Source: Asterias rubens (Eukaryota). From it: 42,703 nucleotides of DNA. The notes below the pieces were generated by a model, which searched no databases, was not told where the DNA came from, and saw only the letters and a program-made list of their open reading frames with translations. Every line of letters begins with the position of its first letter. The stretch's first letter is position 1. Location: positions 11,119,298 to 11,162,000 of the forward strand of contig NC_047081.1 of the NCBI RefSeq assembly GCF_902459465.1, written 5' to 3'. The position numbers and the translations under genes are program-made. This document shows, piece after piece, positions 1 through 11,200 of the stretch.

Positions 1-297
1 AAAAGAAAGATCTCATTTTCCTTTGTGCCGGTAACTCCTTGAGTCGGGCTACGTCCCGTAGCCTTAGATCTCAAGGGTCTTTCTCAGGATCCTCGCTGTT
101 CCCAAAAGCGCTGCCTTCTGTAACAGATCTACTCTCACATTTGTCCCTATTTCATCTAGATGTTTCCCCAGTGCTTTGGGAATGGTGCCAAGTGCTCCAA
201 CCACCACGGGGACTACTTTTACCTTTACCTGCCAAATCTTACGAAGTTCCCTGGCCAGGTCCTGGTACTTCTCGATCTTTTCCATCTCCTTCGAAGC
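1..297 (-). mobile_element. 5'-truncated R4/Dong-clade non-LTR retrotransposon: C-terminal restriction-like endonuclease end plus 3' UTR, continuing off the window start
   Basis: Minus ORF 64-285 (EKIEKYQDLARELRKIWQVKVKVVPVVVGALG...QKAALLGTARILRKTL) has the C-terminal motif pattern of R4/Dong/Rex6 ORFs. Its 5' truncation point abuts a (TAA)n tract. Confidence 0.8.
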
Positions 298-299
298 TA

Positions 300-351
<52 letters not shown>
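298..351. repeat. (ATT/TAA)n microsatellite, about 18 units
   Basis: Read directly from the sequence. Confidence 0.98.
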
Positions 352-509
352 GCACACTATGCGGTGTAAAAGAAAATGCAGTGAAAAGATTTGCGCCCTC
401 AAGTGTTTTAAAACACATTCGCACAAAAAACAGAAACTTGCAGTAGTGTCGTCGGGCGCGTGGCGTGGTTGTTGATTGAGGGTGGGGTTAAAGAAAAGGG
501 GATACATCT

Positions 510-581
510 GTACTCCTAGAACTATTTCGGTTTCGTCCGGCTACTCGTCTCCCGTACGGGAGACGATAGTTCTAGGAGTAC
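510..581. repeat. Palindromic mini-element upstream of the SLC35D3-like start
   Basis: Perfect 16-bp inverted repeats GTACTCCTAGAACTAT (510-525) and ATAGTTCTAGGAGTAC (566-581) enclose a perfect 20-bp palindrome CGTCTCCCGTACGGGAGACG (546-565). Confidence 0.85.
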
Positions 582-729
582 ATGAACTGTAACGGGAAAT
601 AACTGTAATAATAATTTATGGAGAGAAGAACGCCAAGTGTAGCTCAATTTGATGCAATACAGTTTGCCATTTGGACCATCGAATTGAGTTTTGTTTAACT
701 GTCTAGCCTTGCATTTGCAGTCTGTCAAA

Positions 730-3700
730 ATGACGGCCCCCTCCTCCCAGTCCCACAACCAAAAACAGCAACTCGAAATGCAGCGTGTGGCCGCCGGTCT
801 TGCTGCCGCCGTGTTTTACGGCGTCTGCTCCGGTTCGATGTCGTTTATCAACAAGGCCGTTCTTACCACTTACGACTTTGATTTCCCGTGTTTTATCATG
901 TTTTCTCAGATGGTAAGTCTTACTATGAAATGAGTACTTTATTGTTGTTATATTTATTTTGTGGTTTAGCTGTGTATGCTGCCGCACTCTGCTGGGGGAG
1001 GGGCCGGGGGGGGGGCAGGTGTCCAGACGGCAGACAAAATAAACATATAAATATTAATGGGACAACAAGGAGAAGTCCTCCAAGGGGGTCAACCAACATT
1101 AATTATGTAATGTAAATGTATGTCAGATTTAGCATTAATTTAATTGCTTAAGGAAAGTTCACTAGCAAAAAATTGCTAAATTATAGTATAGTTAGTATAT
1201 TAATTTTGGTTTTTACCCATAGTATAGTGCTTATTATAGTAGATAGGCAATTTAACTTGCCATTCAAACAAAAGCCAGGCTTTACTAAGTACAGTTATTA
1301 TTTTGGGGTGATGTTAGTTAGTTGCGATAACATTTGGAAAAGTTTCCGTATGGCGCCACCACTTTTTCATTCTATATGAAATAATATAGTATCTAATTTA
1401 CCTCAATGAAATATCCCTTTTTGTAAAATTGAGTGAAAAAGTGGTGGCGCCATACGGAAAGTTATCCTAACATTTAACCCTTCTCTTGGCCTTCGTGAGG
1501 AGGTTACGTTTACCGCAACACAAATATTTGATTTTTACCACAACACAAATATTTGATTTTTACCTTCAAAGTGTTATTTTTCACAACTTTTATTAACATT
1601 CATCTATTGTTTTTCTTTTTTTCAGATTTTCACGGTGACTCTGCTGACCTTTCTAGGAAAGATCAGTCAAGTTTCCCTACCGACTGCCTCCGTTCACAAC
1701 CTCAAGATTTGTTGTCTTCCGTCATTATTCTGGCTACTCCACGCCGTACTTGCCCTACATGCCTTGAGTGGGATGAACATCGCCATGTACACCGTACTAA
1801 AAAGATGTGTGCCTCTGATGAATCTGTTGTTAACGCCTTTACTGATGAAGAAAGGAACCCCAAGGCTGGCTGTGGTGGGCTCTGTATTGATGATGACTGC
1901 TGGGTGCTTTTTTGCAGGTAAGGGAAGGGGCTGTTACTTCACTGGTAATAATGGATAGCACTAAGCGTTATCGATCGCCATATTTGAGATGAAACAATGG
2001 AAAAGTGCTTGCGTGTACTCGCTGCACACAACTCTCAGCCAATGATAGCCTTGTATGCCTGCACATTTCATCAAATATGGCGTCGATGACGCTTAGCGCA
2101 ATCTATCTATAGAGGCAGCAGTTTCCTCTTTGGCCATATAGTTTGCCATGGTGCCCCTTAAAAATTTTCCAGCAGAAATTGACATTGCTTTTCTAGAAAA
2201 TAGATTCTCTACTATACAGTAGTTGTTGCTTTGATGTCTTGAAATAATTTTCATATCAGTATGCTAACTGTTTCAAGGATCATGGGTTAGTCTACATTTA
2301 TTTGCTTATAAAACTGATTTAGTTATATGATTTGTTTTCACTATTTATAATGCATGACATCAAAATGTTTACCACTTACCCCCCCCCCCTTAAAACTTGT
2401 TCTACTCGCACATACTTTTATTTGTAAAATGTGATATTTAATTTTTTTAGGAAACCATTGATATTACAGTATTTTTAGTTTTGTTTTCTTGTCTGTTATT
2501 TTTTACATAAAATGTTACTTTATCTACTCTATATTAGTTTTACAACCAGATGTTTGGCAGCATCTACCTAGCCAACGGATCGATCGCAGTAATTGCTAGG
2601 CCTATAGATACTTTTGTCTCTCCCACCCTTCTGGAAGTATTGTAGTGTTTTGTATTGTTGTGTTAATTGGCTGAATATAATAATAATAATAGGCCTAGAG
2701 GCATTATGAATTAGGTTGGGTCGTGATTGCAATGTGGATGATTGTAATAGTATCGTACATGTAGTTCTATCAGTGTGTGTTAAGGAAACTAAAGAAATAG
2801 GCTAGCAGTTTTGATACTGTTTCAATTAAGGATTTGAAACTTTGCATGGTGGAAGGGGGCCGAAGTATTTATTTAACAAAGAGAATATCTCTTTCAATAT
2901 CTCTTTCGTGATTGCAATGTGGATGATTGTAATAATATCGTACATGAAGTTCTATCAGTGTGTGGTTTAAGGAAACTACAGAAATAGGCTGTCAGTTTTG
3001 ATACTGTTTCAATTAAGGATTTGAAACTTTGCATGGTGGAAGGGGGCCGAAGTATTTAACAAAGAGAATATCTCTTTCAGTATGCTGTGATCATCTTCAG
3101 GAGTTCTTCAGGAGAAATACTCTGATTGTCTTCCCCTCCAGACGATTGGAGCTTACTGTTCGATGAACTTTACAGAACGACCACTACTCAAAAGAGATTT
3201 TTCACATGGTGTTACCACAAACCTCTCTTAGCAATGTCATTTTGTTTGATTGTGATTTCGATTTCACACCAATCATCTAGGAATGGGAGATCTGACCTTT
3301 GACCTCCAAGCCTACACCTACGGAATGTTGAGCGTAGTCTCCCAGTCCCTCTACCTAACCCTCGTGCAGAGCATCGGGATGCAGCAAGACGCTTTCTCCC
3401 CAGCGGGCATCATGTACCTCAACTGTCTCAACTGCCTTCTGCCGCTTTTTGCTGTCTTGTTCCTATCCTCAGAGATCTCGGGTATCATGGACTTTGAGGA
3501 CCTGTCTTCCCCGAGGTTCCTCATGATCTTCGCCCTCGTTGTCTCAATGGGGTGCGTTCTAAACTACGCCATCTTCCTATGCACTATCTTGACCTCTGCC
3601 CTCACCACGAGTGTCGTGGGGGTCATCAAAAGTGTCGTTGTGGTGGCAGTTGGGATGTTTACACTCGGAGGGGCGCCAGTGACTTTACTGAGCACAATCG

Positions 3701-3849
3701 GGATCTGTATGAACACGCTGGGTAGCAGCTGGTACACGTACGACAAGTACCGGGCAAGGATTGTAAACAATGGCGAAGTGGACAGTGTATCAACGAGTAA
3801 AGTTTCTACAGCTCCAGCAACCGGGAATATAAATGGGTTTCACAGCTAG
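730..3849 (+). CDS. SLC35D3: SLC35D3-like nucleotide-sugar transporter, 347 aa, 3 exons
   Basis: Exons 730-912, 1626-1917 and 3281-3849 have GT-AG ends, phases 0 and 1, and total 1044 nt. The protein is multi-TM. Motifs FYGVCSGSMSFINK, MYTVLKRCVPL, GDLTFD and SALTTSVVGVIKS fit SLC35D, and KRCxPL and GVxKS are closer to D3 than to D1/D2. Confidence 0.85.
1336..1467. mobile_element. 132-bp MITE with GG termini and an 8-bp target site duplication, nested in a hairpin mini-element
   Basis: TAACATTT at 1328-1335 and 1468-1475. Perfect 27-bp inverted core at 1343-1369 / 1434-1460, with termini GGAAAAG.../...GTTATCC. Confidence 0.8.
1954..2107. mobile_element. MITE with about 35-bp imperfect terminal inverted repeats
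   Basis: Left arm GCACTAAGCGTTATCGATCGCCATATTTGAGATGAAA; reverse complement of the right arm GCGCTAAGCGTCATCGACGCCATATTTGATGAAA. Confidence 0.7.
2721..3078. repeat. Tandem duplication, 2 copies, period about 185 bp, in SLC35D3-like intron 2
   Basis: TCGTGATTGCAATGTGGATG...GAGAATATCTCTTTC starts at 2721 and again at 2906 with a few substitutions. Confidence 0.9.
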
Positions 3850-5939
3850 AAAATTGTCGTAAATTATTTCGCTTTTTCAGAAACAAGTTTGTTTGTCACC
3901 AAACTATTTATTTATAAGGAGGGTAGGAGGGTGTGGTCACAGGTAGTGATTGGAAGGGGGCTATAATGTGGCTGAAACATAACATACATGTATGACCTCT
4001 GACCTGTATTACAACTCAATTTCATTTAATATCGCACAAGGTTCACTGTATCATTTGCTAAAATGTTTTAATTTTTTTGTATAAATGTCACACAGTTAAC
4101 TTTTTATTCGTTTGACACTGAAAGGTAACAGGTTTACAAATGTGATTTTACAAGATTTTTCTATTTTGACTGAGTTTACTTTTACACATGTTTTGTTGTT
4201 GTCCAGTCCCACATTTCATAAACGAATGTCAGCTAAAAACTAGAGGGCAATTTGCCAAATTGAAAATTATCTTGATAGTATTTTGTTTACCGGGGTAGAG
4301 TGTCAAGAAAACTTTTATTTGAGAGGGGGTGGTGGGGGGAGCCAGCTTGGTGACTTGCCAAAGACCAATTTTGTCCACCATTTTTAAGAACGATTAGAAC
4401 CACACTGTATTCAATAAGGTCACAGAAATAAACCTTTTTTTTTTCGCAAATGAGTTTAAATCAGATAGTTTTGAATTAACAGCTTTCTACATCTCAAAGT
4501 AAGTGTTTAGTAGTATTTTTAGAGGAATTACCATAGGTATACCCACCCTTTAAAACAACGGACGCTTATTTTAACTTAAAGTATTCAAATTATACATTTA
4601 TTTTAGATTTTTGAAGGAAACGCCAAAATTGTTATTGGTTTATTTTTATTGGTAGTAATAATAATAGTATTATATTTTCACGTACAGTATTCCTAGTGTA
4701 TACTTTGACATTAACAATGTTATTACTTTAGGAAACATTTTTTCAGTGCTCAAAGGTTTATTATAGAAAGTTAACTTAGAGGGGCTCCATGGTCAAATTC
4801 AATTTTGTTCTGCATTCATTTTTCCAATAGATAGAGTCCTTCTGGAGAAGACATTACAAATCTCTAGATTCTTGTGTAAAATAGTGTAAAATTAAGTAGC
4901 AATGCAAAGGTTGTGGGTTTGAATCCCCCTCAGCGATTCGCCTGTGGATTTTTTGTCTCCACAGAACTCGGGGAGAGTACACAGAGCAAATGCACATCGG
5001 TGTAAGGGTTTAAAAACAAATAACATTCTTTATCTCCAATTTGCAAAATCTATTGAGACATTTTATTTTATACTCATTTGAGCGAACATTTGAAACATGA
5101 AGTAACTGGAAATCAACAATAATGTACAGACCTGTGTCTTGTGGATATTGAAATGTGATGGATTGGATAATTTGGGACGTTGACTAATTTTGCACTTGGA
5201 GGGTGTCACATGCATGTACATGGGCAATATTGGTATCACTTTAAAGTGATGTAAGAGACTTCTATCTACTGAGTCTATCTACTGAAATTTGAAATTTGAA
5301 TTTTTTGAGCCCCTCTTATTTTTTTTTTTTTAGTAATGATCGTAAATATTGTTGTTTGTTCTTTTCATCTTGTTTTTAAAAAGAGGTGTTAGGATTTTTA
5401 TTTTCCATTATATGACTGTAGTTTATTAATGACATTGAAAAGTACTTGTTGGTAAGGCATCTTCGCAAAACCTATTCAAGGATAAAATGCAGGAAAGTTT
5501 TATACACAAAGAGTAAACCAGTTTAAAAGTTTATTTCGATCAAAAAGTTCCTGGCTACTTTAATACATGTATGGTGACACAATCGTTGCTCGAATTCATT
5601 TGTTGTTGTCATAAATTCATGATATTTATCTTGATCACTTTCATCAGAAAATATTTTTTTATTTTTCTACTATAAACATAATGCATCAGGAACATTGAAT
5701 TTTGCAATAAAAGAATCAACATGAGATGTTGTTTCCTCATCACAGTATTTTATGTTTGGCTCTTTGATCTGCTTCTATTTTGTCATTTTTTGTTCTTCAT
5801 TTCATTGCTTTACAGAAAAAGGGCAAAAGGATACCTTGGTTTTTCTAAACGTTTAATTGTTTCAATCCTATTATTAAAATCAATGTGGATGTATACAATC
5901 AAAGTAGGTTGTGAAAATTTCATTTGTTTTTTCTAAGGA

Positions 5940-6040
5940 AGTGGTCAAGTGGTAAGTGGTTAGACTGCAGGACTTGCAATCACAAGGTTGTATGTTCGAA
6001 TCCTCCAGCTAACTGCTGATTTCACAATGACTATAATAAA
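5940..6040 (+). mobile_element. tRNA-derived SINE head fragment
   Basis: A-box-like TGGTTAGA and B-box GTTCGAATCC are present, but no intact acceptor stem is evident. Confidence 0.5.
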
Positions 6041-6499
6041 CATTGTTGTCTAGTTACTGAAACACAATTTCTTTTGTGTTATTCATAATCATAGACGTTA
6101 AACCAATGTTGGTATGAGAGAGATTGATTGTTGCCAGCTTGGTGTTTATATCCCTTTGTGGGAGTTTGCCGAGTTCCCTTGATGGGAAGATCATTCAAAC
6201 AATCAAACAAACCTATAAACCTAACTGCCTTTTACATAAATCTCAATGTCGGGATCTTTTATAACTAGTCGGTACACTTACTCTTTGCATCTTTGTTTAG
6301 TGACGTCCTTTTACAATGGGTTTGTGTCTTAAAAGTCTTGTATATCGTAAGATATACCGTATGGCAGTTAGACTATAAGTCTTCCTTATAAAAAGAAAGA
6401 AAAAAAGGTCGCATTTACAGTTGGGTGTCAAGCGTCATGACCAGCAGGTTCAGCTGTGTTCAAGAAACTCGATGCTTAGGTAAAAGGTTTCCACTTTAA

Positions 6500-6835
6500 A
6501 GCCATTGGACACTTCCAGTAAACAGTAATGTCCAAGGCCCACACTTTGTGTATCACAACGTCTTCTATATAAAATAGCAAACCTGTGAAAATTTAGGCTC
6601 AATCGGTCATAACCCACCCTTGTTTCGCCGTGTCATGACATGTGTTTAAAATAAATCCGTAATTCTCGATATCGAGAATTGATATTGTTTTAAATGTTTT
6701 CTCAAAAAGTAAAGAATTTCATTGAATATTATTTCAAGAGAAGTCGTTCACCATTACCTTCTGTAAGCCCTGTAAGTTATTTGTAAATCTTTGAACTTTT
6801 AATTTTCTTTTCTGTACCGAAAGTGTCCAATGGCT
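6500..6835. mobile_element. Kolobok-type MITE (TTAA target duplication, AG...CT termini)
   Basis: TTAA|AGCCATTGGACACTT ... AAGTGTCCAATGGCT|TTAA, with a perfect inverted repeat at 6495-6514 / 6821-6840. Confidence 0.8.
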
Positions 6836-7559
6836 TTAAACAAACTATTGGGCAATTTCATGTAAACTTAAGCAACCTATTAAAATTAAAAACAAACTGC
6901 ATACATTTAGCTAAAGAAATATGTTCTTATCTATTGAGTAAACCAGTACGGTACATTAGCCACCGTGTGCAAAGTTAAACATTTGAAATTAAGCCCAGTG
7001 CCCATTTTTTAGAGCTGCTTAGCAGAATTTATTGCTTAACGATTTCCTGCTAAGCAAAAATTAGTAGGGTACCAGTCACAAATGGTACATGTGAAATGAC
7101 AATGGTAATTTTTCTGCTAACCATAATTAGTTCACTCTTTTTCAAATATTTTTCTTCCAAAGTTATAAAGAATTTAATACAAGACATAGAAAAGAAATTT
7201 ATAACTTTTACAAATAAAACAAAATATCGAAGCTTACTTGCTCTTTCTAAAGGTATTAATTGAAAGCATTTGAATCACACCATGTATAGATAGTGAAATG
7301 TTACGTAAAACGCAATGCCTAAAATCCCACTACATTTTATCCTTTACATCACACCTTTGAAAACCCAAACCAGAATATGGCAACTTCTTACAATGTAATT
7401 TTTTGTATAAAGCCTTCCCTGCTCTACCGTATTCGAACAGAGCTTCATCAGTCAATAAGTACAACTTGATCATTAAGTACATCATTACTGCGTTTTTTAC
7501 AAAAGAAAACTTAACCCCAAACCCTGTTTGTTGCTTAGAGGTAATTAATTTATTGCTTA

Positions 7560-7738
7560 AGGCCCGGTCACACAGGCCCCGATAACGAGAAAGATAACGA
7601 GGAACGATAAAAATGCACGCCCTCGATTGGTTGAAATGCTCCACGCAGAATCACCCACGCTCATTCAACCAATCAAGGGCATGCATTTTTATCGTTCTCG
7701 TTATCGTTCTCGTTATCACTGCCTGTGTGACCGGGCCT
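7560..7738. mobile_element. PIF/Harbinger-type palindromic MITE with TTA target duplication
   Basis: TTA|AGGCCCGGTCACACAGG ... CCTGTGTGACCGGGCCT|TTA. The interior is also largely self-complementary. Confidence 0.8.
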
Positions 7739-8018
7739 TTAGCATCATTTCTAAAAACAATTTGAATTACCTAAATGTTCTGCGTGCAAAATGTTAAGAA
7801 ATTAACCTTTTCACCAATAAACAGAACCCAATTTCAAACTGCTGCTTTTTAAAAACAAGTAGCTAAGCACTAAACAATTTTGCTAACCAGATTAAAGGTT
7901 ACAAGCCAAAACACAAACGCATGTCTGCTTGCTTTTGCTCAGCAGAAAAGAACTTGTTAAGCAGCTCAAATTGTCTATCCACCTTGCTTCATATAAAAGA
8001 GTATATGTCTCTGTTTAA

Positions 8019-8171
8019 AGGCACTGGACACTATTGGTAAATACTCAAAATACATGTTAGCATAAAACTTACTTGGTAACAAGCAATGGAGAGCTGTTGA
8101 TAGTATAAAACATTGTGAGAAACTACTCCCTCTGAAATAACAAAGTAAATTACCAAAGGTGTCCAGTGCCT
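8019..8171. mobile_element. Internally deleted Kolobok-type MITE
   Basis: TTAA|AGGCACTGGACAC ... GTGTCCAGTGCCT. The interior matches, in inverted orientation, the copies at 8981-9258 and 21339-21691. Confidence 0.75.
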
Positions 8172-8222
8172 TTCAGAGTTTATTTTTTATGCGACAAACA
8201 AGACAAAAGCTTATTTGAATGT

Positions 8223-11200
8223 TTAGAATTTGTACTCCTTGCTCTTTTGGAGTGACGGCATTACGTCACTGAGGTTCTGGTCTAGTTTCTGATACCCGTC
8301 GTTGTTGCGTCTCCGGCGTTCGCTGGCATTTCTTCCCTCGATGATGACAGCAACGATCTGGAAGGAAAAGAGTCATGAATAATGCATCAGTTTCTCATGA
8401 ATAATTCATGCTGGTCATGAAAGATGAGTTAACATGGCAGGTAAACCAGTGTTAAAGGCAAAGTATACCTTTGGTTTTAACCATTCGATAGTTTTAATCC
8501 TACATAAAAGTATATAGGCCCTACAATAAAAGTAACCTGGGAAAATTAGGTAGTAGCATTTTTATATATCGCTGAAAAATTCACAGCGGTCATGTCCACA
8601 TAGGAAGAATAATCCATAATAGGAGACTTTCCAACGCTAGGTGGCAGCAGACATACCGGGTAAATTTCCATTGTTTACGTAGTTCTGAACATGCGCATAA
8701 TTCTGAGAACAATGGATTTACCCAGTAAGTCTGCTGCCCTCTATCGTCCCAGAAAGTCTCCCATTGGAATATACACAATCTGAGAAACGTATCGGACAGT
8801 AATATATTTCAGATCAAAATTTGGGGAGATAATACATCTTTTTCCAATAACCGCATTACTTCAAAGTGAAATGTTTCTCAAAAATGCTTTACTCTATCGA
8901 AAGCTGCTGTACTTCTAACCAGTAAGTTTTTATTTCCATTTTTTGAAGAGTGATAATTTATTGAACTGCGTACCTTCCCGGACATTGGTAATTGTCAAAG
9001 ACCAGTACGCTATTCTCACATGGTTGATCCCACTTGGTCTCACGTGGTGTCATCGAATTTGCAGATGCATAACAAAAGGCTTCAGCTGAAGTCTTATTAT
9101 TTGAGTGAGAAATTACCTCTTTCTCAAAAACTACATCATTTCAGAGAGAGCCGTTTCTCACAATGTTTTATACTCTCAACAGCTCTCCATTGCTCGTACC
9201 CAAGTAAGTTTTTATGACAACAATTATTTTGAGTAATTACCATTAGTGTCCAGTGCCTTTAAAAAAAGAGGAAATTCTGGAGGATAGAAAAAAATATAAA
9301 AAAATAAGGTGAACCAACCCTCTGTTTGTTGTGATACATGATGTATGTCGCCATGATGATGATGATGGCAATCAGAGAGTACGCCATAAAATGACTGCTC
9401 GATTCTTCTTCATCGAGATCCATAGAGCTGATCTCGGGCATCTTAAAAATTGTCTTCTCCTTCTCCAGGTTCTCCACGTAACCATCACTGTTTCCACCTT
9501 CTAATTCTTCATCTTTTATGTCAGACTGCTTATTTGAGTCAAACATCTGGAAAAAAAAAGAAGAAAATTAGTAAATAATAATAATAATACTAAGTTCTGG
9601 TTATCACACCCTCTAGGGGTGTATCAAGGCCCTCAGTATCGTTTCTTACAAGATATGTGGAGCTACGTTTTGTAGTATGAGACCTTTTTCTTTACAGGAC
9701 CATGTAACGGTTTACAGGGTGCTGTGGCGCAATTTGCAGCCGGTCAGACCAGGAATCACTGGGGTGGTAAACCCCTTCAGGGCTGTATGCTTCGTTTTTG
9801 AAAGGGCAAGGGCACCAAGGCATTTTCTTCTTGGTAAAGGGCACCCTATGATGAAATTGCAAATTTGTACTGGAGCATTTCAAGGGCACCAAGGCAATGA
9901 CCAGGGGACACGGAGGCAATCGCCTTCATTGCCTCCGTGAAGTATCAGGCCTGCCCCTTCTCTTTGTGATAAGTACACTGGGTTCCTTTACGTGCATTAC
10001 ATCACATATTTTGTGAAACTTTATACACAATATCAACCTCTACCCTTACAGGTACCCACTTCTACACCTGGGTGAAGAGATGCAATTATAGTAAAGTAGC
10101 CTGCTCGATGAAACAAGTGTTACGACCAGGACCTGAACCTACACCCAGATGACTCAACTACCAGACCTTGAAATTGATGCTCATCACCACTCGGCCATGA
10201 CACCCTACAAACTACTTAATCATCCTCTTGGGATGTCGTGGCTGAGCGGTTAAGAGCGCCGGATTCAAGCTTTGGTGTCTGACCAGCAGAGTGTGGGTTT
10301 TCGAATCCCAGTTGTGACAGTTGTGTCCTAGAGAAGGACACTTAACCACAAGCTTCTCTCCACCCAGGGGGTAAATGAGTACCTGTGAGGTCAGAGATAG
10401 TACTTGTGATTGACTTTTTATAGCTGAGTAGCGCATTTGTTGCACAAAGGCTGTATTCTCCCCAGGGAGCTGGCTGAGATGGTTTAAGGAATGATTTAGG
10501 GCAAGGGCACTAAGGCATTTTCTCTTTGGGAAGGGGCACCCTATGAGGAAACTGTAAATTTCTACTGGAGCATTTTAAGGGCACCAAGGCAATGGCAAGG
10601 GGCAAAGGAGGCAATCGCCTCCGTTGCCTCCGTGAAGAGTCAGGCCTGCCAGGGGTAATAATGTTAGGCACTTTGGGACGCCCTCCGGGTGTGAAAAGCG
10701 CTATATAAAAACTAACCATTATTATTATTATTATTAGCCTAACCTGTTTGAACGAGTCTTGTCCACCATCAGGTTCACTGCTGTACTCTGACTCTTCCTC
10801 ATCGCTGAATTCCTCAGTTCCCTTCTGGTTGCCTTTCCCATCTTCCGTTGAAGTTGTTGTATCATCTTGGTAGTCTGGGTAGTGACCTACTCGATCTCCT
10901 ACTTGTGGCTGCACTCCAACTTGTTGTTGATATCCAACTTGTGGTTGATCAACTAGGTCTGGTTGATCTCCTACTTGTGGTTGATATCCTACTTGTGGTT
11001 GATCTCCTACTTGTGGTTGATCTTCTACTTGTGGTTGATCTCCTACTTGTGGTTGATATCCTACTTGTGGTTGATCTCCTACTTGTGGTTGATCTCCTAC
11101 TTGTGGTTGATCTCCTACTTGTGGTTGATATCCAACTTGTGGTTGATCAACTAGTTCTGGTTGATCTCCTACTTGTGGTTGATATCCTACTTGTGGTTGA

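Noticed and set aside
39-446. ORFs with poly-Ile runs (39-446, 239-424)
   Set aside because: They result from translating the (ATT)n microsatellite and the antisense strand of the retrotransposon.
994-1018. G-run cluster (potential G-quadruplex) in SLC35D3-like intron 1, with similar G-rich runs at 41030-41070
   Set aside because: Such runs are common, homopolymer length is error-prone, and there is no independent support.
5940-6040. tRNA-like sequences here and at about 4900-4935, 16540-16620, 28030-28415 and 28900-28970
   Set aside because: A/B boxes are present but I could not form complete cloverleafs, and several continue into SINE bodies. I treated them as SINE heads.
9677-9940. ORFs 9677-9940 (+) and 9692-9919 (-), similar to the tail of ORF 10510-10914
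   Set aside because: The similarity comes from a shared interspersed repeat in an intron, not from a protein family.
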